This document shows positions 46,103 to 55,768 of a DNA stretch of 64,000 bases, piece after piece (positions within the stretch are counted from its first letter, which is position 1; the number at the start of each line of letters is the position of its first letter). The notes below the pieces were generated by a model. That model worked only from the letters and a program-made list of their open reading frames with translations, made no database searches and had not been told where the DNA came from. The position numbers and the translations under genes were made by a program. Source of the DNA: Acidobacteriota bacterium (lineage in GTDB: Bacteria; Acidobacteriota; UBA4820; DSQY01); NCBI GenBank assembly GCA_040752915.1, contig JBFMHB010000002.1:13967-77966 (forward strand). The letters are read 5' to 3'.

Positions 46103-47349
46103 GGCGCCGCGGCGCCCCGGACCCGCCGCCAGAGATGGTAGAGCGCCATGTGGGCCGAGAACTCCATGACCGAGAGCCGGTCCAGGGGGAGGTGGACCCT
46201 GTGCGCCCATTCCCCCTCGGGCGTGCCCACCGCGACCCAGACGGTTCCGGCGGGCTTTTCCGGACTCCCCCCGCCGGGGCCCGCCACGCCGGTGGTCGCC
46301 GCCGCGCAGGCGGCGCCGAAGCGCGCCCGGACCCCCCGCGCCATGGCGCGCGCTGTTTCCTCGCTCACGGCGCCAGACCGTTGAAGAATCTCCGGCGCCA
46401 CTCCCAGGAGCGAGGATTTGGCCTCGTTGTCGTAGGCCGTGACCGAGCCGAGAAAGTACCGGGAGGCGCCGGCCACGGAAACGACCTTGTGGGCCAGGAG
46501 GCCCCCGGTGCAGGACTCGGCCGCCGCCAGGGTCCAGCCGCGTCGGAGCAGGGCTTCCCCGAGGGCCGCCTCCAGGGAGGTCCCGTCCAGGCTCACGAGG
46601 TGGCCCTTCCACCCCGCGGCGAAGGCGCGCCGCGCCTCTTCCTCCAGGTCCGCCGCCGATTCGGCGGGAGGGGAGGTGATCGTCAGCGTGACCCGGAGGA
46701 TCCCCAGGTGGGGGAGGATGGACACGGAGACCCCGCGCCTGCCATACCAAGGCGACAGGACCGGCTCCGCCGACGCTTCGGGAAGTCCCGCCAGGACGGC
46801 CCGTACGGTCCGCACTTCGGGCTGCTCCGGGAACGCCTCCCTCAGTCTCGGAAGGACGCCGCCTTCCAGCATCTCCCGAAACTCGGCCGGCACGCCGGGA
46901 AGCAGGATGAGGTGTGCCTTGCCGCGCCTCAGACAACATCCGCAGGCCAGCCCCCGGGGGTTGGGGATCGCTTCGGAGCCCTCGACGACGAGGGCCTGGC
47001 GGCGGTTCACCGCGTCCAGCGCCCGGCCGCGGGAGGCGAGCCGGCGGGTGAGTTCCTCCGCCCAGGCCCCGTCCTCCACGATTCCGACGCCGAGGGCCCG
47101 TGCGGCCCCCTCCCTCGTGAGGTCGTCCCCGGTGGGTCCGAGGCCCCCAGAGGCGAGGACCACGTCGCAGGTCTCGAGGGCCCCGCTCAGGGCCGAGGCG
47201 ATGGCTTCCACCCGGTCCTCCACGCGCGAAACGAGGCCGATGTCAAACCCCGCTTCTTTCAGGCGCGCGGCGGCGAGGACCCCGTTGGAATCCCCTCGAG
47301 CGGGATCCGTCATCTCCGATCCGATGGCGAAGAAGGCGGCCGTGGGCAT
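46099..47349 (-). CDS. cinA: CinA-family protein (competence/damage-inducible; N-terminal MoaB/MogA-like domain plus C-terminal nicotinamide-nucleotide amidohydrolase PncC-like domain).
   Basis: AAFFAIGSEMTDPARGDSNGVLAAARL at the N-terminus. AAAESCTGGLLA in the C-terminal domain. Confidence 0.8.
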   Translation of the reverse strand: MPTAAFFAIGSEMTDPARGDSNGVLAAARLKEAGFDIGLVSRVEDRVEAIASALSGALETCDVVLASGGLGPTGDDLTREGAARALGVGIVEDGAWAEELTRRLASRGRALDAVNRRQALVVEGSEAIPNPRGLACGCCLRRGKAHLILLPGVPAEFREMLEGGVLPRLREAFPEQPEVRTVRAVLAGLPEASAEPVLSPWYGRRGVSVSILPHLGILRVTLTITSPPAESAADLEEEARRAFAAGWKGHLVSLDGTSLEAALGEALLRRGWTLAAAESCTGGLLAHKVVSVAGASRYFLGSVTAYDNEAKSSLLGVAPEILQRSGAVSEETARAMARGVRARFGAACAAATTGVAGPGGGSPEKPAGTVWVAVGTPEGEWAHRVHLPLDRLSVMEFSAHMALYHLWRRVRGAAAP

Positions 47350-47374
47350 GGGACGTCTCCGGGCGGCTCCGGCT

Positions 47375-48034
47375 TCAGCCGCCCGCCGGCGCGGCCTCCA
47401 GGTAGTCTCCGTGTCCGTTGGACTCGAGGAGTTCCGCCAGGGCGTCCATGACACGCTCCGACAGCTCCTCGGGCTTGAGGCGGGCGAGCCCGGTCAAGGG
47501 CTTGCCCACGTAGAGGGTCACCCGGCCGGGTTTGGGGATCGTCCGCCCCACCGGATAGGCCTCCCGGGTTCCCGCGATGGCCACGGGGAGAATGGGGACC
47601 TGGGCGCGGACCGCGAGCAGGCCGAGGCCCGGCTGTCCGGGGAGCAGTTTCCCGGTGCCCGATCGCCGGCCCTCGGGGAAGATGGCCACGACCCTCCCCC
47701 CCTTCAGGAGGGAAAGGGCCTTCTTGATGGGGGCCAGCTGAAAGGCCGCGCCGGCCTGCACCGGGATCACATCCATGAGCCGGGAGAAGAGGTGGACCAC
47801 GGGCTTGCGGAACTGCTCCTCGGCCATGATGAACCAGAGGCGCCGTCTGAGAAACGCTCCCAGGACCAGGGGGTCCACGAAGGAGGCGTGGTTGGCGGCG
47901 ACGAGGACGCCTCCCTGGGCCGGAAGATTCTCGCCGCCGATGACCCGGACCCGAAAGTAGGGACGGAGAAGGGTGCCGAAGGCCCCCTTGGCGGTGGCGT
48001 AGGCGGCGGCTTTCAGGGCTTGCTTCAGGTTCAT
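47375..48034 (-). CDS. plsC: 1-acyl-sn-glycerol-3-phosphate acyltransferase.
   Basis: HxxxxD motif (VAANHASFVDP) and AIFPEGRRS. The start is at MNLKQALK. The track ORF continues upstream as shadow frame over asnB. Confidence 0.8.
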   Translation of the reverse strand: MNLKQALKAAAYATAKGAFGTLLRPYFRVRVIGGENLPAQGGVLVAANHASFVDPLVLGAFLRRRLWFIMAEEQFRKPVVHLFSRLMDVIPVQAGAAFQLAPIKKALSLLKGGRVVAIFPEGRRSGTGKLLPGQPGLGLLAVRAQVPILPVAIAGTREAYPVGRTIPKPGRVTLYVGKPLTGLARLKPEELSERVMDALAELLESNGHGDYLEAAPAGG

Positions 48035-48151
48035 GTTCTGCGGTCGCTCCGGACCTCGTAGCCTATCCCAGGCCGGGCCCCTTGGCAAGGCCGGTCGCCC
48101 TCCGTCCCAAAACGGTCCCAGGGCCGTGTAGAATGCCGGTGGCGGCGTACC

Positions 48152-50029
48152 GTGTGCGGCATCTGCGGAGAGGTGGCCTTCGGAGGCGGAGCGGACCCCG
48201 AGCGGGTCCGGGCCATGGCGCGCGCCCTGGGACACCGGGGCCCCGACGGCGAAGGGCTCTGGTCCTCCCCCGACGCGGCCCTGGGCCACCGGCGCCTGGC
48301 CATCATCGACCTCTCCGACGCCGCCTCCCAGCCCATGGCCAGCCCCGACGGCCGGTACCGCATCGTGTTCAACGGGGAGATTTACAACTTCCTGGACGTG
48401 CGGGCCGAACTGGAATCGCTCGGGGAGCGCTTTTCCACCCGGTCGGACACGGAAGTCCTCCTCCGGGCGCTCACCGTGTGGGGCCTTCCCGGCCTGGCCA
48501 AGATCAACGGCATGTGGGGCTTCGCCCTCTGGGACGCGCGGGAGCGCACCCTTCTCTTGAGCCGGGACCGCGTGGGCGTGAAACCCCTCTACTGGGTCCG
48601 GACGCCCCGGGGCATCGCCTTCGCCTCCGAGATCCCGCCCCTGCTCCTTCATCCGGCCGTGGGCCGCGAGATCCATCCGGCGGCCCTGGCCGAGCAGGTG
48701 GCCTGCCGGTACGTCCTCGCCCCGCGGACCCTTCTGAAGGACGTGAAGAAGCTCCCCCCCGGACACATCCTCTCCATCTCCGAGGGGGGCGTCCGCCTCT
48801 TCCCGTATTGGCGGCTTCCCCTGGAGCCCCCGGAAGGGACGACACCCCTCCGGGAGGAAGAGGCTGTCACCCGCTTCGGAGATTGCTTCGAGGCCTCGGT
48901 CCGGCGCCAGCTCATCGCCGACGTTCCCGTGGGGGTCCTGCTTTCCGGGGGGGTGGACTCCTCTGCCCTGGCCGCGGCCGTGAGGCGTTGCGGCCAGGAG
49001 AAGCTGTCTACGTTCACGGTGGCCTTCGCCGGCAAGGGCGCCTACGACGAGCGGCTGTGGGCCCGCGCCGTCGCCACCACCCTCCGCGCCGACCACCACG
49101 AACTCGTCATCACCCCCGAGGCCTTCGCCGAGAGCCTGGAGGGCGTGCTCGCGCGGCTGGACGATCCCGTGGCCGACTCCGCCGTCCTGCCGCTGTACCA
49201 CGTGTGCGCCCTCGCCTCCCGCCACGTGAAGGTCCTCCTGTCGGGCCAGGGGGCCGACGAGATCCTCGGGGGATACCACCTGGAGCGGGTCCTCAAGCAG
49301 ATCCGGGCCATCGTCCTGCTGAGGGGGATCCCCGGCGCCCGCCACGCGGCGCGGGCCATCGCCCGGCGCGACCCCAAGCGTGCGTATCTCCTTCGTTGGG
49401 AAGAACTGCGCAGCGCGTCCCCGGGGCAGATCCCCGGCCGCATCCGCTACGACCTCACCCTCCCCCTGGGGGAGGCGCGGGTGCGAAGCCTTCTGATCGA
49501 TCCGCCCCCTCCGCCGTACGACCGGACCCTCGACGCCTTCTACATGGAGGTCCCGTCCCACCGGGGCCCTCTGGACGCCATGCTCTCGGTCCTCGTGAAG
49601 GGGTGGCTCGCCGACAACCTCCTCAACCATTCGGACCGCATGTCCATGGCCCACTCCCTGGAGATGCGCGTCCCGTTCCTGGACGGGCCCCTGGTGGATT
49701 TCGCCTTCGCCCTCCCCGAATCCATGAAAGTCCGCGGCTCGGTCACCAAGCACGTCCTCAAGCGCTACGCCGTGGAGGCGGGGGTGCCCCGTCACGTGGC
49801 CTACCGGCGGAAGAAGGGCTTTCCCGTCCCCTGGGGAGCCTGGGTGCGAGGCCCCCTGCGCGAACGCGTGCGGGACATCCTGGAGAACTCGGCCTGGATG
49901 CGGCCCCACTTTCGCATCGAGGGGATCCGCGCCGCCTTCGAGGAGCACCAGCGAGGCGCGGAGCACGATCTCCTGCTCTGGAACCTCGTGGTCCTCGCCC
50001 ACTGGGGCGAGCGCATGGGCCTGAAATAG
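48152..50029 (+). CDS. asnB: Asparagine synthase (glutamine-hydrolysing).
   Basis: N-terminal MCGI nucleophile Cys. The SGGVDSS PP-loop motif. Length 625 aa. Confidence 0.9.
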   Translation: MCGICGEVAFGGGADPERVRAMARALGHRGPDGEGLWSSPDAALGHRRLAIIDLSDAASQPMASPDGRYRIVFNGEIYNFLDVRAELESLGERFSTRSDTEVLLRALTVWGLPGLAKINGMWGFALWDARERTLLLSRDRVGVKPLYWVRTPRGIAFASEIPPLLLHPAVGREIHPAALAEQVACRYVLAPRTLLKDVKKLPPGHILSISEGGVRLFPYWRLPLEPPEGTTPLREEEAVTRFGDCFEASVRRQLIADVPVGVLLSGGVDSSALAAAVRRCGQEKLSTFTVAFAGKGAYDERLWARAVATTLRADHHELVITPEAFAESLEGVLARLDDPVADSAVLPLYHVCALASRHVKVLLSGQGADEILGGYHLERVLKQIRAIVLLRGIPGARHAARAIARRDPKRAYLLRWEELRSASPGQIPGRIRYDLTLPLGEARVRSLLIDPPPPPYDRTLDAFYMEVPSHRGPLDAMLSVLVKGWLADNLLNHSDRMSMAHSLEMRVPFLDGPLVDFAFALPESMKVRGSVTKHVLKRYAVEAGVPRHVAYRRKKGFPVPWGAWVRGPLRERVRDILENSAWMRPHFRIEGIRAAFEEHQRGAEHDLLLWNLVVLAHWGERMGLK

Positions 50030-50134
50030 GGCGGAAGCCGCAAGCCCGGGGCGACTGCGCCGGGCGCGCCCCCGGACCGGGGGGCCGAAACCTTCGACGC
50101 GGGCCTGCGTATCAGCCCGCAGAGGAGGTGCAAG

Positions 50135-50752
50135 ATGAACCCCGCGACCCTTCGAAAAGCCATCCTGACGACGCTCCTGGCGGCCCTCGTCCTGGCTGCG
50201 GCCGCCCCCGCCGTGGCGGGCTCAGACCCTCTGGTCCAGATCCGCGTCCAGGGCGACGGGGAGCAGGCCCTCATCGAGGTCCCCATGAAGGTCCTGGAGT
50301 TTCTGGACAAGAACCAGGTGGGGAAGGAGTTCCACGCCTGCCGCATGCACGGCCAGGACGTCACCCTTTCCCTCGGAGACATGATGAAGGCCCTGAAGCA
50401 GGCCGGATCCGGCGGCGAGACGGTCCTCATGACCATCGAGGAGGAGGGGAAGAAGCGCAGCGTGACCGTGGGCTTCGCCGATGAAAAGTCCCTCCGCCCC
50501 GGCAAGGCGCCCACCCAGGTGGTCCTCTCGGTCCGCGGCGAGAAGGGCGGAAGCGAGCCCAAGGACATCAAAATCAGCGTCCCCCTCGCCACGGTGGAGG
50601 CCATCTTCCAGGGGGTCAAGATCGAAAAGGAGGGCGACGACCAGGCCGGGCTCCTGATCCGCCAGCTCGTCCCCTTCGCCCGGGACCTGGGTACGGGCCT
50701 CCTGGCCCGCGTCGTCTCCGACGACGGCGAAGTCTCCATCGTCCTCGAATAG
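50135..50752 (+). CDS. Secreted hypothetical protein (signal peptide, ~205 aa).
   Basis: N-terminal signal peptide LTTLLAALVLAAAAPAVAGS. No recognised domain. Confidence 0.5.
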   Translation: MNPATLRKAILTTLLAALVLAAAAPAVAGSDPLVQIRVQGDGEQALIEVPMKVLEFLDKNQVGKEFHACRMHGQDVTLSLGDMMKALKQAGSGGETVLMTIEEEGKKRSVTVGFADEKSLRPGKAPTQVVLSVRGEKGGSEPKDIKISVPLATVEAIFQGVKIEKEGDDQAGLLIRQLVPFARDLGTGLLARVVSDDGEVSIVLE

Positions 50753-50820
50753 GTCCTTCGATGCGAAGAAAAGGGGCGGCCGGCGGCCGCCCCTTTTCTG
50801 TTGGCGCGAGACGAACGGTT

Positions 50821-52239
50821 TCAGGCCTTGGTCTTGAAGTCCTTTCCGACCCATCCCTTGGCCAGAAGGAGGAGGAGCGTCGAGCAGATGGCGATGCACC
50901 CGAAGATGAGCCACATCTTCTGGGGCCCGGCGGTGCCCTGAGCCGGATCGAATCCGGCGGGGCAGTATTTCTCGATCATCCACCCCGAGTAGAGGGCCGG
51001 CACGAGCACCTTGGTGAGGAACCAGGGGAGCTGGGCCACACCCATGTATTCGCCGGTCCTCCCTTCCGGCGCGATTTCGGCGGCGTACTGGAGGAACCGG
51101 GGCTGCCACATGGCCTCGCCGATGGTCATCACCACGAGGTACCCGAAGAGCGTCCAGAAGTTCGTTCCAATAGCCAGGAAGAAGGCCGGCACGGCCATGA
51201 CGAAGGTCCCGATGATCATCATCGTGTAGACCTTCCGCTTGTAGGTCAGCGCCGTGATCACCGGAACGGCGATGAAGATCAGGAGGGGATTGAAGTTCGA
51301 GGCGATCTCGAACTTCTCCCCGATCCAGCCCGTGTAGCACCGCGAGACGTACTGGGGAAGGATGAGCCAGTTGTAGGTGAAGAGCGTCTGCACGGGGATG
51401 AGGGCGAAGATGAAGAAGGCGAATTTGAGGTCCGTCAGCGGGTGCGTCTTCAGCCAGTTCACGAACGAGAAGGGCGGCTTCGGCGCCGTCTCGTCCGCCG
51501 GCGCCTCCCCCCGGTCCGCCCGGGCCTTTGCCGCGGCCTCCTTCACGACGGTCCGCGAAAGGATGAAGAGGGTCAGCAGGAGGGAGACGAGTGTAAATCC
51601 CGCGTAGACCCAGAAGGCCCCGTTGATGCCCCAGCCGAGGTACTTCTCGTCCCGGATGAGGAAGGCGAAGGTGGGCAGGTACCCGCCCAGGTTCATCAGG
51701 GCGTACAGCATGGCGAAACCCATGGCGGCGGTCTTCTCGTTCGTGAACTTCCGCACCGCCGCGTAGGCCGCCGGCTGGTACATGCCGTATCCCACGACCA
51801 CGAGAAGGATCCCTCCCAGCGTGGCCAGGTGGATGCCTCCCCAGAGGCCGGGTTGGAGTCCGAGGAGGGGCGCCCCGGCGATGACGAGACGGCCGCACAG
51901 CATCACCACGAAGGCGAGCGCGAGGGCGAGCCTCACGCCGTAGCGGTCCGCCACGAAGCCGAGGAAGAACATGGCGATGGTGATGCCCGCCGTCTGGACC
52001 ATGACCATCCGGTGGGACCAGACGTCCGCGTGGGGGACGCCCGCGAAAACGAAGTCCGAGAAGTAGATGGCGAGGTACCCGAGGATTCCGAAATACACCA
52101 TGCCCTCGAGGAAGTACGGCAGGTTCACGCCCCAGAGCGCCCGGGGGGCGTGGATGAGGTCCACGAAGGGCTGGGTGATCTCCTTCAGCGGAGACGGTTT
52201 CGCATCGGTCTGGCTTTCCACGGCGGACCCTCCTCCCAC
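50821..52239 (-). CDS. MFS transporter, likely of the POT/PTR2 (peptide) family.
   Basis: About 12 predicted TM helices. POT-like motif GEAMWQPRFLQYAAEIAPEGRTGEYMG. A central charged loop. Confidence 0.65.
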   Translation of the reverse strand: MGGGSAVESQTDAKPSPLKEITQPFVDLIHAPRALWGVNLPYFLEGMVYFGILGYLAIYFSDFVFAGVPHADVWSHRMVMVQTAGITIAMFFLGFVADRYGVRLALALAFVVMLCGRLVIAGAPLLGLQPGLWGGIHLATLGGILLVVVGYGMYQPAAYAAVRKFTNEKTAAMGFAMLYALMNLGGYLPTFAFLIRDEKYLGWGINGAFWVYAGFTLVSLLLTLFILSRTVVKEAAAKARADRGEAPADETAPKPPFSFVNWLKTHPLTDLKFAFFIFALIPVQTLFTYNWLILPQYVSRCYTGWIGEKFEIASNFNPLLIFIAVPVITALTYKRKVYTMMIIGTFVMAVPAFFLAIGTNFWTLFGYLVVMTIGEAMWQPRFLQYAAEIAPEGRTGEYMGVAQLPWFLTKVLVPALYSGWMIEKYCPAGFDPAQGTAGPQKMWLIFGCIAICSTLLLLLAKGWVGKDFKTKA

Positions 52240-52372
52240 GGCAAGGCTACTGTATCATGAGGGGGCCGAACCAGACGTCCTCTTGCGCGCGCTTCAGGCC
52301 TCCCCTGGAATCTTTGAAGGAAGTGCGGCGTTGGGGCCGGGTGGGGTGAAGGCCGGCTTCAAGGAGGCACGA

Positions 52373-52978
52373 ATGGTGTTGCTCAAAGTTGCAGCGGGAC
52401 TTCTGGCTCTGGTTCTTGTGGGGGGCGCGCTTCTGTATTCGCGCCTGGACGTCCGCGCCTCGGATCAGAGCGCCGTGGGCCCACGGACCGAAGCCACCGT
52501 CTACGGGTTTACCCTTCCCCTGAACGACGGGACGCCGAAGGCCCTCAAGGACTACGAGGGCAGGGTCCTGCTCATCGTGAACACGGCCTCCAAGTGCGGC
52601 TTCACGCCCCAGTACGAGGGGCTGGAGAAGCTCTACGAGACTTATCAAGACAGGGGCTTCCTGGTCCTGGCCTTCCCCTCCAACGACTTCCTGGACCAGG
52701 AGCCGGGGAGCGATGCCGAGATCGCCCAGTTCTGCCGCCTGAACTACGGCGTCACCTTTCCCGTCTTCGCGAAATCCCGGGTAAAAGGGAAGGACATGAA
52801 CCCCCTCTACCGCTTCCTCACGGAGCGCTCCGGCTTCGACGGGGACATCTCCTGGAACTTCAACAAGTTCCTCGTGGACCGGAAGGGGAGAGTCGTGGCC
52901 CGCTTCGGCTCCCGCACCGCCCCTCAGGATGCCGAACTCGTCCAGGCGGTGGAGACCGCCCTGGGACCCGTGTCCTGA
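52373..52978 (+). CDS. gpx: Glutathione peroxidase.
   Basis: NTASKCGFTPQYEGLE (catalytic Cys), FPSNDF and WNFNKFLV(D) motifs. AAGGAGG RBS at 52361-52367. The start is at MVLLK. The track ORF extends upstream in frame. Confidence 0.85.
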   Translation: MVLLKVAAGLLALVLVGGALLYSRLDVRASDQSAVGPRTEATVYGFTLPLNDGTPKALKDYEGRVLLIVNTASKCGFTPQYEGLEKLYETYQDRGFLVLAFPSNDFLDQEPGSDAEIAQFCRLNYGVTFPVFAKSRVKGKDMNPLYRFLTERSGFDGDISWNFNKFLVDRKGRVVARFGSRTAPQDAELVQAVETALGPVS

Positions 52979-53060
52979 AATCAGGGAGACGCCAGGCGAG
53001 AGACGTGAGCCGGGAAACGAGAGGCGCAAAACGGTAGACGGGAAACGGCTCCTTTTCGTT

Positions 53061-53100
53061 CCCTAGTCCCCTAGTCCCCTAGTCCCCTGGTCCCCCAGTC
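53061..53100. repeat. Tandem octamer repeat CCCTAGTC x3 followed by two degenerate copies (CCCTGGTC, CCCCAGTC), in the convergent intergenic region between gpx and the 53119-54006 gene.
   Basis: Read directly: ccctagtcccctagtcccctagtcccctggtcccccagtc. Confidence 0.85.
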
Positions 53101-53118
53101 CCTCGGGCCCTGGCTCGC

Positions 53119-54006
53119 CTATCTCTTTCGCCTCAGTTCGAAGGTCAGCCGGTCGGGCCGGAAGGCCCAGACGGCCCCCTGGTCGTCCGTGAGGAGGGCC
53201 TCCTCGTTGACGAAAGAGAGATCCTGAACCGCGCCCCGGAACTCCACCCAGGCCTCCCGCTCCCCCGAGTAGGCGAAGGCCCGGTTTCCCCGGGAGAGGG
53301 CCAGGGCCGTGCCGCCTTCGATCTTCACCTCCTGGAGGGGCTCCCTCAGAGGAACGAAGCGGCCGGCGCGCGAGTCGTACAGGAGAGCGTTCGTCCCCGG
53401 CGGGCCGAAGAAGACCGCCAGGCGCTCGCCCAGGGCGCACCGCGTGAAGTCCGAGGCGTCGCTCGCCCACACCCCCCGGGACGCATCGTAGAGGGTCGTC
53501 TTCACGTGCTCGCCGAAGAAGGCCGCCAGCCGCCCCGACAGGGCCACCTGGCACGCCTCCAACACGGGCGTCTGCCAGCGCCCCGACAGGGCGTCGTAGA
53601 TCCCCGGGCGCCCCGGGCCTCCGTATCCCACGGCCAGGTTCTCGCTGACCGCGCCCCGGAAATACCGGTCGAACTGGGGCACCCAGGCGTGGCGGCCCAG
53701 GTCGTAGACGGCGCTCCCAGGCCCGTCGGGCCCGTAGGCCAGCAGGAGCCGGCTCCCCGCCGCCGCGAGGGGAAAGTCTCCCGCCGCGGGCACCCACTTC
53801 TTGGTCTGAGGGTCGTACACCTCCAGCCGGCCATCCCGGTGGGCCCACGCCAGCGTGGACCCTACCGGCTCGTACACCCTCGCTTCGCGGCGATCCCCCT
53901 CCAGCACCACCGGCCCGTCCTGGCTCTGAGTCGTCTGGCCGAGGGCCGGGCCCAAGGCCGAAAATAGAACCGCCAAGGCCGCCGCCACGATCCGACTCCC
54001 CTTCAT
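53119..54006 (-). CDS. Secreted hypothetical protein with repeated degenerate ~45 aa units.
   Basis: Signal peptide MKGSRIVAAALAVLFSALGPALGQ. Recurring pattern '...LYD/VYD...G.W.P...'. No known domain recognised. Confidence 0.5.
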   Translation of the reverse strand: MKGSRIVAAALAVLFSALGPALGQTTQSQDGPVVLEGDRREARVYEPVGSTLAWAHRDGRLEVYDPQTKKWVPAAGDFPLAAAGSRLLLAYGPDGPGSAVYDLGRHAWVPQFDRYFRGAVSENLAVGYGGPGRPGIYDALSGRWQTPVLEACQVALSGRLAAFFGEHVKTTLYDASRGVWASDASDFTRCALGERLAVFFGPPGTNALLYDSRAGRFVPLREPLQEVKIEGGTALALSRGNRAFAYSGEREAWVEFRGAVQDLSFVNEEALLTDDQGAVWAFRPDRLTFELRRKR

Positions 54007-54069
54007 GGCTCACCTCCCCGCCGAGGGTTTCCTTGTGATTCTAGCGCCCACCGGGTGGATTTCACACCC

Positions 54070-55710
54070 TCACCGCGCGAAGGAGAAGGCCGCCGATTCC
54101 TTCCCGTCGGGGTTCACGACCGTCAGCGCCACCGCCTCGCCCTTGGGCAAGAGGTCCTTGAGGCCCGCCCCCGAGGCCACAAGCCGCGTCCGGTTGTTCT
54201 TGTCCGTCCCCCGGTACCGCGTACGGGGGACGGCGACGCCGTTGACCCGCACCTCGGCCCCTTCCTGGAAATTCCACCCGACGACCTTCAGCCGGAAGGG
54301 GTCGTGGAGCACCTTCACCGACTGGATCCCCGGAAAGGCGTCCCCGCAGATCATCTCGGAACGTTGGCTCTCCGTCCAGTCCTCCTGTTCGTGAGTTTTC
54401 ACGTCCGCGGACCACGCGTAAGGGTTGTCCTCTTCCAAGACGTCGTTCATGTCGAGGGCGGTGAAGGAATCGTCTTCCCAAGAGAAAGAGACGGGCAGGA
54501 TGTCATTGGAGTCGCACTCCATGGGAAGGCCGAAGTCCGAATCGTAGCGAGCGTAGTACTGCAAGTCGGCACTAGCGTAATCGTAGAAACCGATGAACCC
54601 TCCCTCTTTCGGCGCAACGGCGACCTGGCCCACCTCCCGTATCGAACCGCCGTAACAGATTCGCTTCACGATGTGGCCGTCCTCTGGGCTCAGCACCAGA
54701 ATGCAGGGAAACCAATTATAGGGATTGCAAGACACATAGGTTCCGCTGAGAAGGATGTTTCCATCAAAGCCCTGCGCGATCAGGCCTTGTTGATAAAGAT
54801 GCAAGCCACCACTGCAGCTTGGATCTGTTCGAGTATATTTTTGCCAGCGGATACTCCCATCGGCATTTAGACAGAGGACCGTCGTTCGGTTTGGAGACGC
54901 ATCGCCCCAACCTGTGTGGGACGAACCAATTACAATCCCCCCGTCTGGAAGGATCTCGAGCTTTCGAGCATCCTGAGGGCATCCATTGCCACCTCCGTCG
55001 CTTTCGCAAAAATCCAGGAAATCATAGGCCTTTGCCCATTGAAGATGCCCTTCGTGGCTCATTTTGAATAGCAACGTGCCGTGTACCCGGTCCCCGTGGT
55101 AGCCGCCTTCCAGCTGCCCAAGGAAAATAAAGCCTCCATCGGGAGTCGCCTTGGCCGTCACCGTCGGATAGTTGAAGGAAACGGGGACCGCTCTTGAATA
55201 GAGGGTTCGGCTCCAAAGAATGCGCCCCGTGGCTGGATCCAGCGCCGTGAACCACCCGGAATCGGGACCGACCGCAACGACGGCGGAGGCATCCAAAGAG
55301 AAGGTTCGGTAGATTCCAAATTCCCCGAAGACCCACTCCTTCTCGACCTCTCCCTGCGCATTGCAGCGGAAGCCCCAGTCTACGGGCCCTCCGATGGTGT
55401 TGTTGTAGGCGAAGGCGAGAAACGAACCATCGGGAAGGGGCGCCAGCGATTCGTAGTAAACGCTGCCCGCGTACTTGCGGAGCCAAAGCAGGTTTCCATG
55501 GGCGTCGAAGCGCCGGATCAGGAGGCCGTCGAGGGTGCAGACGTCGAAGAAGCCCCCCTGGGGATCTGCAACCCATTCAACCGTCGCCCAAGAAGAGCTG
55601 TGCCTAAGGCCGACGGGGTCCGAGTAGGAGCGGCGCCACGCCTCCTCCGCGGCTGCGCCGGGAAGGTCCCAAAGCAACGACAAGAGGAGAAGCAAAACGG
55701 AGCGCTTCAT
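54070..55710 (-). CDS. Secreted hypothetical protein (beta-propeller-like, 546 aa).
   Basis: Signal peptide MKRSVLLLLLSLLWDLPGAAA. Multiple degenerate repeats of the form PDGG(F/I)...G. Family unknown. Confidence 0.5.
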   Translation of the reverse strand: MKRSVLLLLLSLLWDLPGAAAEEAWRRSYSDPVGLRHSSSWATVEWVADPQGGFFDVCTLDGLLIRRFDAHGNLLWLRKYAGSVYYESLAPLPDGSFLAFAYNNTIGGPVDWGFRCNAQGEVEKEWVFGEFGIYRTFSLDASAVVAVGPDSGWFTALDPATGRILWSRTLYSRAVPVSFNYPTVTAKATPDGGFIFLGQLEGGYHGDRVHGTLLFKMSHEGHLQWAKAYDFLDFCESDGGGNGCPQDARKLEILPDGGIVIGSSHTGWGDASPNRTTVLCLNADGSIRWQKYTRTDPSCSGGLHLYQQGLIAQGFDGNILLSGTYVSCNPYNWFPCILVLSPEDGHIVKRICYGGSIREVGQVAVAPKEGGFIGFYDYASADLQYYARYDSDFGLPMECDSNDILPVSFSWEDDSFTALDMNDVLEEDNPYAWSADVKTHEQEDWTESQRSEMICGDAFPGIQSVKVLHDPFRLKVVGWNFQEGAEVRVNGVAVPRTRYRGTDKNNRTRLVASGAGLKDLLPKGEAVALTVVNPDGKESAAFSFAR

Positions 55711-55768
55711 GGCTTTCCCTCGTAATAGAACCGGCCCCCTCCCTTAAGGGAGGGGGCCGGACGAAAGG

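Noticed and set aside
47375-50002. 875 aa minus ORF overlapping asnB.
   Set aside because: Only the C-terminal ~219 codons (plsC, from MNLKQALK) are protein-like. The remainder is antisense to a clear asnB gene, which has an MCGI nucleophile and an SGGVDSS motif.
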